Virus record (IMG/VR): IMGVR_UViG_3300050505_000066
Coordinates: 1,017 to 65,016 of that record
Direction: 5' to 3' (one strand)
Length of the DNA: 64,000 nt
From: a virus
Shown: piece after piece, positions 10,385 to 20,902 of the stretch
Position numbering within the stretch: the stretch's first letter is position 1
How the letters are laid out: every line of letters begins with the position of its first letter
Notes under the pieces: generated by a model
The model's input: only the letters and a program-made list of their open reading frames with translations
The model's database searches: none
Told to the model about the DNA's origin: nothing
Position numbers and translations under genes: made by a program

Positions 10385-11551
10385 TTATGGCCCAAACACT
10401 GTTCGTGACATTGGGTCATTATCTAAGTCTCTACCTATTGTAAGGCGTCTCCATTCATCTCCTAATCCTGTATTTCTCATTCGAGCAGCAGCAGCATCAA
10501 TATCCTCTTGCGTTGGTCCCACTTTTACAGTCTCATGGACACCGCCCGCAACAGTTGCGAATACTCCTGCATCTTGACGAGCCTGATCTACAGCATCTTG
10601 GCGAACTTTATCTGCAGCGTCAAGTTGAATTTCTTTAACTTGATTAGTTGCAGTTTGATTAGCCTGAATAACCGCATTTCGTGCTCTATCAAACTCAGTC
10701 CAAGCTAACTCTGCTGCCTCGCGATGGTCATTAGAGTTGATCAAGGCGTTTACAGCTTTATTAATCAATGGATTGGTTCGAATAAAAACATCGATTTCAT
10801 CTACAAAATCAAGAGCCGCTGGATGTTTTTCCCTCATATAGGCATCGACATCTTGCCATGTTTTTTGCTCTTTAGCGAGACGATCATCTCGAATCTTAAG
10901 AGCTTCACTCACTGCATTCTGAGCAGTAGATTTAGCATATTCTGTAATGCTATCTCTCAATGCTGGAATGTCCTGTTCGTCGAGAGTTCCACCATCTGCG
11001 ACGATCTTAGATAGCACTTCATCTAATGGTAGGCTCGATGCTGGCTTTGTTTCGGGTAGTCCGAGTTGTGGAGCCTGAACCGAGAGTGTTTGACGGGAAA
11101 TTAGTTCGTTACGAAGACGGAGATTCTCAACTTCGATCATCTCTTTCTGAGTAAGAGCTTCTTTCGCCATCTGAACAGCATGACGTACACCTTTAATAGC
11201 CTCTTCCTTGTTTTTGTACTTCTCAAGGATTAGGCCATTTTTACCGCGATATGATTCCCAATCAATATCCGGCTCCGAGGTAACGGGAACTGTTTCGACT
11301 TTAGCATTCGGTGGAGTTGTAACAGCAGGTGGGTTGTCCACAGGGGCTGTTTCTGTTTTTGGAGGTTCAGTCGTTGTGCTTCCATCAGACGGTGGGTTGT
11401 CCACAGTTTCTGTTGGAGTAGTGCGAGGTTGTGCAGAAGTCCAATTAATTTCATCCATTCGATCCATAACATCTGGTTGTACAATGTTATCTGCGATATT
11501 ACGAAGAAGTTCGGCTTCTGCTTGGGTTACTAATCTTGGATCATAAGTCAT
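10385..11551 (-). CDS. Capsid scaffolding protein
   Basis: Acidic, Pro/Thr-rich N-terminus, coiled-coil, 'KYKNKEEAIKG' segment; lies between portal and MCP. Confidence 0.7.
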   Translation of the reverse strand: MTYDPRLVTQAEAELLRNIADNIVQPDVMDRMDEINWTSAQPRTTPTETVDNPPSDGSTTTEPPKTETAPVDNPPAVTTPPNAKVETVPVTSEPDIDWESYRGKNGLILEKYKNKEEAIKGVRHAVQMAKEALTQKEMIEVENLRLRNELISRQTLSVQAPQLGLPETKPASSLPLDEVLSKIVADGGTLDEQDIPALRDSITEYAKSTAQNAVSEALKIRDDRLAKEQKTWQDVDAYMREKHPAALDFVDEIDVFIRTNPLINKAVNALINSNDHREAAELAWTEFDRARNAVIQANQTATNQVKEIQLDAADKVRQDAVDQARQDAGVFATVAGGVHETVKVGPTQEDIDAAAARMRNTGLGDEWRRLTIGRDLDNDPMSRTVFGP

Positions 11552-11661
11552 TTTATTTTACCTTTCATCCCTGGAGGTTGTCTCGTCAGGGTTAATGTGA
11601 AGCGCCTCTCCGCTCTGGTCACGCCTAGTATTTTTCAATGCCCCGGCGTTCAGGCTGATCT

Positions 11662-11988
11662 TTATGCTTCGTCTACTGGCACACCAGCAGTAAAGTTTAC
11701 TGCACCGGGAGCCGAGTTTGTTACAACAACACTAAGAGTATCACTCTTGGTAGAACCATCCGGGAAATTTACAGTAGCAGAAATAGATGTACTTCCTACC
11801 TTACCACTTGTAATATCTCCATTCATTCCATCAGGACCAACCACAAAATCTGCCACAGTTGGATCAACAGAAGCAAATGTGACAGTAAAGCCTGCTGGAA
11901 GTACATCAAGAGGTTGACCATCAAGGTCTAGAAGGGTTACACCTGCAGCGGCATGCTGCTTATCATTCATTGTAAGAGTTCCTGGCAT
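11662..11988 (-). CDS. Ig-like (Big_2-type) domain protein, probable virion decoration
   Basis: 'VTFASVDPTVADF...ITSGKVGSTSISATV' Ig-like pattern. Confidence 0.7.
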   Translation of the reverse strand: MPGTLTMNDKQHAAAGVTLLDLDGQPLDVLPAGFTVTFASVDPTVADFVVGPDGMNGDITSGKVGSTSISATVNFPDGSTKSDTLSVVVTNSAPGAVNFTAGVPVDEA

Positions 11989-12188
11989 TATTCTTCTCCT
12001 TCGGGCGCATCAAAATGCCATTGAATGCTGCCCACTTCTTTGGGTTTAAATTGAATAATTAATTCTTTAATTACGATTTGAAGATTTTGAATTTCAAGTT
12101 TTGCTTCTCTTATCTCAAAAATTAGATCAAAGAGAAGAGCAATTAAAGTTTTTAAAAGTCTTACGAGGTCAAATATGAGTTTAAACAT
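11988..12188 (-). CDS. Hypothetical protein with hydrophobic N-terminus
   Basis: Stop overlaps the next start (TAATG). Confidence 0.5.
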   Translation of the reverse strand: MFKLIFDLVRLLKTLIALLFDLIFEIREAKLEIQNLQIVIKELIIQFKPKEVGSIQWHFDAPEGEE

Positions 12189-12209
12189 TGGTCATTATTT
12201 TGTCCTCCA

Positions 12210-12431
12210 TTAGTATCCTCCAGCGTTTTCCTTACGTTGCTCTGAGAGGCCAATGGCAATGGCCTGTTTCCTACTTCTCACTTTTGGCCCTGTTTTAGAA
12301 CCACTATGTAGAGTCCCCTCCTTAAACTCATGCATAGATTTTTCAACTTTATTAACACGTCCTTTAGCAATTTTAACGGGAGAATGTCTTGGCATCTTAA
12401 AAGTCCTCTTCAGGTGGGATTTGAATTCCAA
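12210..12431 (-). CDS. DUF6496-like small basic protein
   Basis: 'MHEFKEGTLHSGSKTGPKVRSRKQAIAIGLSE' is the DUF6496-type signature; the real start is probably the internal MPRHSP. Confidence 0.7.
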   Translation of the reverse strand: MEFKSHLKRTFKMPRHSPVKIAKGRVNKVEKSMHEFKEGTLHSGSKTGPKVRSRKQAIAIGLSEQRKENAGGY

Positions 12432-12777
12432 TAACTGGCTTCATGTATCCTTCTTGTTTTAGATATTGATACATTTCTTCTTCTGGAAGAGCTTGTTGTG
12501 CTCTAGCAATTCTTTCAATTTCTGTTTCTTCAACCAATTGTTTACAGAATTTAAGAAGTCCATCAATAATTATAATTCCACCACGAATAAAATCATCAGG
12601 ATATTGGTCTTTACGTTCTTGAGATGGACTTAAAAGAAGAAGATTTAAACTATTACGCATTCGTTGAAGATAAGGTTCAAACACTTGTGAATAACTTGGA
12701 GAATTAATAATATATTCAAGATGTCCAAGTTCATTATCTTCAAGTGACTTAACATCAAAAATTGTTTGAAAATCCAT
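12397..12777 (-). CDS. Hypothetical protein
   Basis: ORF between portal and scaffold. Confidence 0.55.
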   Translation of the reverse strand: MDFQTIFDVKSLEDNELGHLEYIINSPSYSQVFEPYLQRMRNSLNLLLLSPSQERKDQYPDDFIRGGIIIIDGLLKFCKQLVEETEIERIARAQQALPEEEMYQYLKQEGYMKPVIGIQIPPEEDF

Positions 12778-12787
12778 TACTGCCTTT

Positions 12788-14749
12788 CTATGTCATAGCC
12801 GCCATCGGAGGTAATTGGCCAGCTGATCCCATTCCTGATTCATTTTCTCCACTATTCATCATAGGAAGTTGAAGAGGTTGTTGTCCTCTTACAATTTGTC
12901 CTGAAGTTGGAATATTGGGTAATTGACCTCCACCAACATTTTGAACCATTTGATTCAATGGTGGTGTAGATTTAAAAATTTCATTTATATTAGGAATTTC
13001 AAACTCTCGGAAAATACCACGCCAGAAATTAACAGCATTAATTTGTGCCATAGCAACTTGACCAAGAGGCGTTCCCATGGCAGTCAAAAGTTGAATCAAA
13101 GCTTGTTGTTTCATACTTTGAGATAGACCAGATGTAGCTCCTACTGCTCTAGCAGCATAATTTGGAACCATATCATAATGATCTAATGTTTCTCGACTAG
13201 CTCCAATTGGTGCTCCAGTGACCGGATCAACTTGTGCTCCATCACCAAGAATCAAAATTTCAACTGGAGTATCTAAGAATTGTTTATCTAAAGCCACAAA
13301 CATATTAGCAAGTGGTTCAAGTGTTGTTTCTTCAAATAATCTAGATTCAAGAAGAAGTCTGGTTCCAGCTGCCTCGCGCCTTCCTACGAATTCACGAGCA
13401 GTTTGACGATCAGGACCTTGTAATCCTTGAACAGCATCATCTACAATTCCTGTACCCATTTGGACGAATTCTTGGATTTGGGCAATTTTATTATCAGCAA
13501 TTGAGAGACCAGCCAAATCTTTCATTAATGGACGAATCATAGCATCAGGATTTCCATCAATCCCAATAAAACGTCCAGGTCTAGCATAAAGATTTCTAGT
13601 ATTTAGATTAGATGCTCGATCATAAAACCAAACAGGATCAATAACAAGATCAGCAGCATCTAGTGATTGATTGATATAACGATTCCCAACTAATTGAAGT
13701 TTTTCGACAGTTTCAGCTTTTCCTGGTGCATAGAAATAATGAGGATCAGGTGTTGGAGCGAAACTTACGAAAGGAAGGAGATTGTGCCAGAAAGGATTTG
13801 GGCGGTTTCGGAATAAATATCTCTTATTTGCGACAGTTAATACACGATTTAAAACGCCGTCTGAAGAAAGTTCGGATGGGATATAGCCCCAAAATTCTAA
13901 TATTTCAATTGGTCTAGAATATCGATCCATCCAGCGAATGGATTCATCATCCATTCCAGCACGTACAGCAAATCTACGAATCATTGACTGGGCATCCGTA
14001 GACTGATAATTGACCCCACCCTCACGCTCTAGCCGAGCTACTTCATTCTTATCAAATATTCCCTCACTCGCGAGGAATCTGATATCATCAAGGTCTAGGA
14101 AATATCTACGAATAACCCATTTCATATCTTTTAGACGTTTTACTCCTGGTTGAGGGAAAAAGTCTAGAAGATCAAGAATTTCGGTTATTGGTCCATCAAA
14201 AGAAGTAATTTCACCTTTTTTGATGCTTTTAACTACACGACCAGAAATTGGGAGTTTATCAACATATTCGATGATTCTTTGTTCTTTTTTACGTTTCCAT
14301 CCGACTTGAGCCACTGCTACTCCATAGAGATCAGCAGTTACTATGAAGTCTGTCATTTTAACGAAGGCATCATCATCCTTCATTTGAGCAGAAACTAGAG
14401 CTTCGCGTTTCCTCGCGGTAGGCATATCATCTGGACCATAACCGAGGAATGTAACAATTGGCCATTTGTTGAGGGATGTGGCTGATTTACGAGCAGCATC
14501 AGCCCAAATGGCTGAGAAAATAAGAGGAATATGGATGTTATTTTTATGAGGATGGAAACGTCCAGTCCAAGTTCCCCTCCAAAGATCATAGAGGCGAGGC
14601 CATTGGATTCGAGTTCCCCCAAAATATTGTTGTGATAACTTCATTCGTGATGTTACAAGATCGATTAATTGATCTCGAAAAGCATCAGGGGTTGGTGCGC
14701 GGTTAATGACTAAACTTGTGTTTGAGCCTCCCGCACTTTGATAAAGCAT
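12788..14749 (-). CDS. Portal protein
   Basis: 653 aa; 'DFFPQPG', 'NPFWHNLLPFVSF', clip-like 'ARPGRFIGIDG' and 'QTAREF' segments; position after terL. Confidence 0.9.
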   Translation of the reverse strand: MLYQSAGGSNTSLVINRAPTPDAFRDQLIDLVTSRMKLSQQYFGGTRIQWPRLYDLWRGTWTGRFHPHKNNIHIPLIFSAIWADAARKSATSLNKWPIVTFLGYGPDDMPTARKREALVSAQMKDDDAFVKMTDFIVTADLYGVAVAQVGWKRKKEQRIIEYVDKLPISGRVVKSIKKGEITSFDGPITEILDLLDFFPQPGVKRLKDMKWVIRRYFLDLDDIRFLASEGIFDKNEVARLEREGGVNYQSTDAQSMIRRFAVRAGMDDESIRWMDRYSRPIEILEFWGYIPSELSSDGVLNRVLTVANKRYLFRNRPNPFWHNLLPFVSFAPTPDPHYFYAPGKAETVEKLQLVGNRYINQSLDAADLVIDPVWFYDRASNLNTRNLYARPGRFIGIDGNPDAMIRPLMKDLAGLSIADNKIAQIQEFVQMGTGIVDDAVQGLQGPDRQTAREFVGRREAAGTRLLLESRLFEETTLEPLANMFVALDKQFLDTPVEILILGDGAQVDPVTGAPIGASRETLDHYDMVPNYAARAVGATSGLSQSMKQQALIQLLTAMGTPLGQVAMAQINAVNFWRGIFREFEIPNINEIFKSTPPLNQMVQNVGGGQLPNIPTSGQIVRGQQPLQLPMMNSGENESGMGSAGQLPPMAAMT

Positions 14750-14750
14750 A

Positions 14751-15344
14751 TTAACTCCCTAAGGAAAACATCCAATTTGGTCTTGGTAGCGGAAGGGCTG
14801 AGTTATTTATGCTTTGGATGCCCCCATTTTTACCAATACTCTTTAAGAGATCATATGTTAAATGAACATCATCACTACAATAGTTAAATAATTCACCAAA
14901 ACGTTTTTCAGCAATTAAAGTCTTGATATTTGAACCATGGAAAATTTTACCACGACCAATTGTTCGTTGACAGACTGAATCAAGGGTAAAATCTCCTTTA
15001 TATCCCACTATTCCTCGTTGAGCATTTGCTTTAGAGATTTCGGTGTATACATCGTAATGGTGTTTGATAGCAACTTTTCGTCCGAGTACACCTTCGATGA
15101 CCGGAAGGTCAAATTTTTCGGAGAAGTACCCGGCAACCAAATCAGCGGATTCAAGATGTTTCGCTGCTGCGAGGATAGAATTATCGTCATAGAGATATGT
15201 CCAGTTCATTTCTGAGTCATAGATTACGAGGGCAGAAATTCCTCCTTTACCTTGTCGGAGGAGTTCCCAACCGTGTTCTTCATTCTCAGGATCAAGATCA
15301 ATTGCATATAAACGTGTTTCTAGGTCAAAGACACAAATCTTCAT
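14751..15344 (-). CDS. RNase H-like (DEDD) 3'-5' exonuclease
   Basis: 'VFDLET', 'FDLPV', 'TLDSVC' and 'YCSDDVHLT' acidic motifs. Confidence 0.8.
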   Translation of the reverse strand: MKICVFDLETRLYAIDLDPENEEHGWELLRQGKGGISALVIYDSEMNWTYLYDDNSILAAAKHLESADLVAGYFSEKFDLPVIEGVLGRKVAIKHHYDVYTEISKANAQRGIVGYKGDFTLDSVCQRTIGRGKIFHGSNIKTLIAEKRFGELFNYCSDDVHLTYDLLKSIGKNGGIQSINNSALPLPRPNWMFSLGS

Positions 15345-15353
15345 TTAAACTTT

Positions 15354-17222
15354 CTAGATTGGCACACGTGGATATTCAAGTTCGTTATCAAAAGGCTCCA
15401 TTGGAATATCTGGTCCATGACCAGGACCCATCCATTGAACTTCCCGTTGCTGGTCAATCATTTCATAAACTTCTTCGATAGAAGGAGGTTTTGAGAAGGC
15501 TCGTAAATCATCTCCCCAAGGAGATCGGGGAACGGCACCCTCATCTGTGATTTGATACTGAGTGGAAGGTTTAACCCAAATTCCAGGTGTAAACCCGTCT
15601 GTTGCGGCATCTGCGAGGTCGTCGTGGTCTACGACATCAATTCGAAGGATTTGATTGAAGAGTTTTCGAACAACCATTGGGATAATCCATTCTCCTGATG
15701 CGTCTTTATGGAGAAGGATACGAACATAATTTTCTACCCAAAAACCAATTCCAGTTCGAATACGTGCTTTTTTGTTGGTTGTTCTATTTAATTGAATAAA
15801 ACGTTCGAATGGTAAAGAAATTCCAACACCATTTACTACTGAAAGAAGACGATTCTTATAAGTTCCTGATTTGCCTCCAGGTTCAATCTCGTCTGTAAGA
15901 GCTTTGACACGAATTTGTCGTCGTCGAAGACTTAAAAGAACTTTAATAAGTTCGCTATTGAAATCTTCTTCGCGCCATTCATTCGAGGCCCTAAGTAAAT
16001 CAGTGTCAAGATACATGACACCATTACGACGAGCATCATGGAGCCAGACGACAATTGCTGAATCATCTCCCGTTCGCACAGTATCAAGGCGTTTAAAAGC
16101 TGTATCAATATGGACAGAAGCGCATTCGATGGGAGTATCAAATTTATAGTCTTTATAGTCTATAAAAAGATCAGCAAGTTGTGATTCAAGGAGTGGAGCA
16201 CGTTCACCAGTTCCTGGGTTATTTTGTTGCTGACAAGCAAAGTCTTCAGGATCACGAGCTTTAGCTTCTTTAATTTTCTTGGCATCCATGAGTGTTGGAT
16301 GCGTCGGCTTCCCTGTTAGTTCATCTTCTGTTTGAAAGAAGTATACATGCCAAATTCCTTGACCCATAGGAACTTTTTCAAACATGGACATATTTGGACA
16401 GGGCATCCCGGACCAAGTGGCTATTCCTTCATCTCTTAAGTGTTTTCCAGCCACGTCATTGTCAAGGTAACGCGTTAGACTAAAGATTAAAAGACCATTG
16501 GTCTGGAGAGCATTATATGAAGCATTGACCGCATCATGGACAGAGCGAAGATAAGCATCTCGTCCTTCACGAAGTTTATTTTTGAAAATTGGATCATCCC
16601 ATATATGAATTCTATGGTGATATCCTGTCATACCAACATCAACTGAGGTTACGTCAAAAGAAGGTTCTGAAAGATTTTTGTTTTTGCGGTAACCGTGATG
16701 AAGGAATTCTTTAGTCCATTCCTTTGCCCCCTTTCTCCAATTTCCATATAACCATGTAAACCAGGCATCAGGATCGTCACCATCCATAACAGCCTGCATG
16801 GCTTTGTAAATGTCTTGGGAAAGAGAACCAGTCGCCGAAGCAATAAGAGTAGACATGTCAGGTTCATCTAGATGTGCCCACAACATTGCTGATTTTGTAG
16901 ATGTAACAGTCTTCCCAAAGCCTCGGGGCATGTTAATACAAAGGTAGTATCTATCAGTACCACCAGATTTACAATAAGCTTTCCAACGAAGAATGTGGGT
17001 TTGGAGCCATTCTAGATATGGACCATGGATTTCTTCTGTAAGCCAAACGGGTTGCTCGGGATGGTTGGAAAAGAAAAATTCCGCACCCCAAGCGACCTGC
17101 ACGAACCACCAAAGGGATTTTGGGTGTGTAGAAATTTCTCCAGAATCATTAAACCAATGATTTGGAGAACAAATTGCTCGAAATATATCTCTTTCTGCTT
17201 CTAAATCCCATTTGGCTTTCAT
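15354..17222 (-). CDS. terL: Terminase large subunit
   Basis: Walker A 'PRGFGKT', Walker B 'HIWDD', nuclease 'HIDTAF', 'DDSAIVV', 'HDDLADA'. Confidence 0.92.
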   Translation of the reverse strand: MKAKWDLEAERDIFRAICSPNHWFNDSGEISTHPKSLWWFVQVAWGAEFFFSNHPEQPVWLTEEIHGPYLEWLQTHILRWKAYCKSGGTDRYYLCINMPRGFGKTVTSTKSAMLWAHLDEPDMSTLIASATGSLSQDIYKAMQAVMDGDDPDAWFTWLYGNWRKGAKEWTKEFLHHGYRKNKNLSEPSFDVTSVDVGMTGYHHRIHIWDDPIFKNKLREGRDAYLRSVHDAVNASYNALQTNGLLIFSLTRYLDNDVAGKHLRDEGIATWSGMPCPNMSMFEKVPMGQGIWHVYFFQTEDELTGKPTHPTLMDAKKIKEAKARDPEDFACQQQNNPGTGERAPLLESQLADLFIDYKDYKFDTPIECASVHIDTAFKRLDTVRTGDDSAIVVWLHDARRNGVMYLDTDLLRASNEWREEDFNSELIKVLLSLRRRQIRVKALTDEIEPGGKSGTYKNRLLSVVNGVGISLPFERFIQLNRTTNKKARIRTGIGFWVENYVRILLHKDASGEWIIPMVVRKLFNQILRIDVVDHDDLADAATDGFTPGIWVKPSTQYQITDEGAVPRSPWGDDLRAFSKPPSIEEVYEMIDQQREVQWMGPGHGPDIPMEPFDNELEYPRVPI

Positions 17223-17383
17223 GCATTAGTGATAAATTCCCCAATGTTTTTCTTGTTCTCGACCACAAAAAGAACAATACATGGGTTTTGGACGAGGGTT
17301 TTTGTGGGAACAATCACAACTTGAATCAATGAATGTTGTTTTAAGTTTAATCCCACAATATTTACAATATGCATCTTTAAACA

Positions 17384-17542
17384 TTATTTACCCTGGACTT
17401 TAGCTACAATAGCTGCAATAACAGCTGCAACTGCTCCACCAAAAGTCCAAGATGCAACATCAGGGTGTCCTTGAGTATAAGCAAGAAGTCCAGCAAGAAT
17501 TGCAACTACAGCGGCACCAAGAAATTGTTTTGTGAGAGTCAT
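17384..17542 (-). CDS. Small two-TM membrane protein (holin-like), 52 aa
   Basis: Hand translation MTLTKQFLGAAVVAILAGLLAYTQGHPDVASWTFGGAVAAVIAAIVAKVQGK; AAGGAG RBS upstream. Confidence 0.55.
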   Translation of the reverse strand: MTLTKQFLGAAVVAILAGLLAYTQGHPDVASWTFGGAVAAVIAAIVAKVQGK

Positions 17543-17555
17543 TTAAATCTCCTTG

Positions 17556-19784
17556 TTAATTTGCATTAGGGAAATTACACTTATGATTCATGTGTTGTTT
17601 AAGAATATTTAAATCTGAAACATTAAGAAGTCCATCTCCATTAAAATCATATTGATATTGATATCCTCCTTGAATTGCAGCATTAATGACATTAAAATCT
17701 AAAATATTAACAATTTCTCCTTGATTTGTAGTTTCAGGATCAAAAACGTCAACATTTTTGACATTTGCTGTGAATGTTCCATTTGCCGAGGCAGTTGTTA
17801 GTCTTCCCTGAAGTTGAACACCAAGAGCAAAAATTGGAATATCTCCAGCAAAAAGACCCCATTTACGATTACGATCACGTGTTGCAACTCCTGGTTGCCC
17901 AGGTGTAGAACCTTTCCATGTGATATATGTTGTTCCCGTAACGTCTGTCGCAGCATCAGCATTGATATGTCGTGTATTTGGACATCCAGCGAGAGGTTGC
18001 CAGACTGAACTGGCCATAAGTGTATCATCACCAGTTCCTGAGAAACCCTGCGAGGCAGGACCACCATTTAGAGATGCATAAATATCTGTAGCTGCAACAC
18101 CAGAAAGAGGGGTTCCACTAGCTGTTTTAAGAACAATTTTAATTCTAGCATTGTTATTTAGAAGATCATTATTCGGACAAGTTACAGCAAAGGCAAGAGC
18201 AGCTGTTCCAGTGATAGGACTTAGAGTAGTTCCGGCTTCTGGAACAAAATAGGATGTAGTTGGGCTTACAATAGCAGTTGTAGTTGGAATAATCCCAATA
18301 ATTTCATTTCCTGTTTGATAAACACCTATATTAATTAATTCAGTTGTATTACCATTATTATTTAAATCACCAAAATCAGGAGCCGCTCCAATGCAAGGAG
18401 AACCGTTTTGAAGATGAAAATCTCGTGTTCCTGCATTTACAAATAATGGATCAGATACTATAGAATTTAAATCTTTATTAGAACCAGATTTCCATGTAGT
18501 AAAAGTTGAATAGGTGGTTGGACAAGAACGCCAACTTTGGAGAGAGAAAAAATCATTGTAATTAGATGTATACTCATTCTCCATATGTTCAATTCCTAAA
18601 CAAAATCCACCATCATGTGTATTTAAATTAGAGATATTCATAACAATATTATTTCTTAAATCATTTCCAGGTCCAGTATATCTGTCAGGTAATCCTTCAA
18701 GATCAAAAGCTTTCCACCAACCATAAATCACGTTGTTGTAAACATCTCCATTTTTAGGAGAAGCAGGTGGACTGGATGGACTAGCGGGACAACTTCCTGC
18801 GTCAAAAGTGGTTCCGAAACAAGTCTCAGAGTAAAAAATAGCATAAGATTCACCATTTGAAAGACGACCATCTCTTATAATATTTTGATAAACTTTTGTA
18901 TTAATTGCAAAATGATCATCTATTCCAAAACAACAATCATAAATTAAATTATAACGAATAATAACATGATCACAAACAATTTGGGCAGTTCCACCACCTT
19001 TAAGAGCAATTCCACAACCAGCATTATTAATTTCATTATGTTCAATTAATAAACTATCTGTATTATATGTCATAATTCCAGTATAATTTCTTACATTAAA
19101 CACAGTAGCATCTGCTGAAACTCCACGTATCTTAGAATTTGAAATTTCACATCCTGTTGTCCATTCTGTACGAATACTATTGTGATTATCTGCAAAAGCA
19201 ATAAAAATACTTCTTATATCACAATTTTTAATTTTACATCCTCTCAAAATTGGATTTGAAAGAGGATCGCCACCAGTCATAACAACTGGACCAGTATCCG
19301 GTTGATAATTTGCGGAAGTTTCAATTATAACAAATCCATTCCATTCTATATAATTTTTTTGATATGAACCAATAAGTGGTCCTGTTCCTGTTTCTATTGG
19401 ATCATATTTAATTGCAACAGAATCTCCCGGCCAAACTCTAAATACAATTGGTTGTGTTGATGTTCCTTGATTAATAGTTGCTAAACATGGTTGAAATCTA
19501 TCTGAGGAATTACTTATAGTTGAAGTAGATCGTTCGCCATAAGGAGCAGAACGTCTATTTAAATATGTAGCAAGAACACCAGGAGAATTTCCATGAACAT
19601 AAGTAGAATCACCAGCTTGAACAACGTGACATGCCCATTGAATAGTGTGCCAAGCGGTTGCAAGTGAAAGTCCATCATTGAGATCATTCCCAGTGGGACT
19701 AACATGATAAACTGTTGCCTCGGCAGGGTGAGCAAGACAGAGAAGAGAAGCTAGAATTAATATAAATTTAAAGATATTTTTCAT
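17556..19784 (-). CDS. Secreted right-handed beta-helix protein with C-terminal dockerin-like repeats
   Basis: Signal peptide ending AEA, 'YHVSPTGNDLNDG', parallel beta-helix repeats, 'DPLFVNAGTRDFHLQNGSPCIGA', and 'DFNGDGLLNVSDL'. Confidence 0.8.
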   Translation of the reverse strand: MKNIFKFILILASLLCLAHPAEATVYHVSPTGNDLNDGLSLATAWHTIQWACHVVQAGDSTYVHGNSPGVLATYLNRRSAPYGERSTSTISNSSDRFQPCLATINQGTSTQPIVFRVWPGDSVAIKYDPIETGTGPLIGSYQKNYIEWNGFVIIETSANYQPDTGPVVMTGGDPLSNPILRGCKIKNCDIRSIFIAFADNHNSIRTEWTTGCEISNSKIRGVSADATVFNVRNYTGIMTYNTDSLLIEHNEINNAGCGIALKGGGTAQIVCDHVIIRYNLIYDCCFGIDDHFAINTKVYQNIIRDGRLSNGESYAIFYSETCFGTTFDAGSCPASPSSPPASPKNGDVYNNVIYGWWKAFDLEGLPDRYTGPGNDLRNNIVMNISNLNTHDGGFCLGIEHMENEYTSNYNDFFSLQSWRSCPTTYSTFTTWKSGSNKDLNSIVSDPLFVNAGTRDFHLQNGSPCIGAAPDFGDLNNNGNTTELINIGVYQTGNEIIGIIPTTTAIVSPTTSYFVPEAGTTLSPITGTAALAFAVTCPNNDLLNNNARIKIVLKTASGTPLSGVAATDIYASLNGGPASQGFSGTGDDTLMASSVWQPLAGCPNTRHINADAATDVTGTTYITWKGSTPGQPGVATRDRNRKWGLFAGDIPIFALGVQLQGRLTTASANGTFTANVKNVDVFDPETTNQGEIVNILDFNVINAAIQGGYQYQYDFNGDGLLNVSDLNILKQHMNHKCNFPNAN

Positions 19785-20044
19785 CCTTCTTGTTCTCCTG
19801 GTCTAGCTGGATTCCAATATTGAGCTTTACTTACTGGATAACGAGGATCAATGTGGTTTTGATGGACTGAGAAAGCTCGTTGAGCAAGAGCAGCGCGCGT
19901 TGCAGCGCCAGCGTCAGCTCCCTCACGAGTTGCGAATTCTCGGGCTTCTTTTACAGCTGTTGTGCAGCCGAGACAGTAATTGTCAGAATAGTTTGCGATG
20001 TCTTTGGGACCACCACAATTGCGGCATGTGCTTGACATTGGCAT
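19781..20044 (-). CDS. Small CxxC hypothetical protein (GC-rich)
   Basis: CRNC...CLGC motifs. Confidence 0.5.
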   Translation of the reverse strand: MPMSSTCRNCGGPKDIANYSDNYCLGCTTAVKEAREFATREGADAGAATRAALAQRAFSVHQNHIDPRYPVSKAQYWNPARPGEQEG

Positions 20045-20056
20045 TAGATTAACCTT

Positions 20057-20272
20057 TCATTCTACATATTTACAATTTTGACATTGATATTGGCCTGAAT
20101 TTATTGGCCACATAGGAGAACCACAAGATGGACAAAATTTGTCTGGAAATTCAGATTTAATTGCTTTGAGAAATTTATCTTGTTCTTTCTGAACAATTCC
20201 TTGAGGAAAGAGTCCTTCATCTAAATTACCAGGATTCAGAGGTTGTAGATCATAAGGATATTGATTATGCAT
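20057..20272 (-). CDS. Zinc-ribbon small protein
   Basis: CPSC...CQNC. Confidence 0.55.
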   Translation of the reverse strand: MHNQYPYDLQPLNPGNLDEGLFPQGIVQKEQDKFLKAIKSEFPDKFCPSCGSPMWPINSGQYQCQNCKYVE

Positions 20273-20555
20273 GATACACTACCTTATCTAAGAGAGTTGA
20301 AATCCAATCTTGTTTGTCTTTTCGTTGTTCTAAAATAACGGAATGATGGATAGGAACATCATCTCTGTGCTCAATTACAAGAACTTCAATTCCAAAAGAA
20401 TTAGTCTCCCAATGGATATCAGAAGGCTCACACCAACAATCAGTTGACATGAGATGTCCAGCAGGAAAATTAACAACATGGAGTTCATTACGCCCAGGTG
20501 GTGGGGCTGGAACTGTCATCATCTTACGAGCTTCCTGCCAATTGCTTGGCTCCAA
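20265..20555 (-). CDS. Hypothetical phage protein
   Basis: 'H...DCWCEP' motif; overlaps its neighbours. Confidence 0.5.
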   Translation of the reverse strand: MEPSNWQEARKMMTVPAPPPGRNELHVVNFPAGHLMSTDCWCEPSDIHWETNSFGIEVLVIEHRDDVPIHHSVILEQRKDKQDWISTLLDKVVYHA

Positions 20556-20902
20556 CTTTCGAGAAGGTCTTCACGAACATGAATATAGTTATAAAGATGT
20601 TGTTCCCAAGCCAAAACAAGAGATTCTTCGATTTCATATGTCATTTTGACGTTTAAGTTTATTGCGATATATACGTGAATAAGCTCATGAAGGACAAGAC
20701 GAACGTATCCATCACGGCGGGGATCAAAGCGTATGACAATATTTTTGACACGAATGTCATTTTGGAGCCATGAAGAGGAACCACAACCTTTAAGTTTGCG
20801 ACGGAGAACTTTCGTATCCGGCCTCGATAGGAGCTTCCGTAGTTCCGATAGGAGTTGAATCTTGCTGATTCGACGTTTGCGAGGCATTGGAATCCTTTTC
20901 AA
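20519..20902 (-). CDS. Small HExxH metallopeptidase-like protein
   Basis: 'LVLHELIHV' followed by 'EIEE'. Confidence 0.55.
   Translation of the reverse strand: MKRIPMPRKRRISKIQLLSELRKLLSRPDTKVLRRKLKGCGSSSWLQNDIRVKNIVIRFDPRRDGYVRLVLHELIHVYIAINLNVKMTYEIEESLVLAWEQHLYNYIHVREDLLESWSQAIGRKLVR

Noticed and set aside
11560-11640. Minus-strand CTGACGA ... GAAA as a second hammerhead
   Set aside because: Stem II and the A15.1-U16.1/NUH geometry cannot be formed in either permutation.
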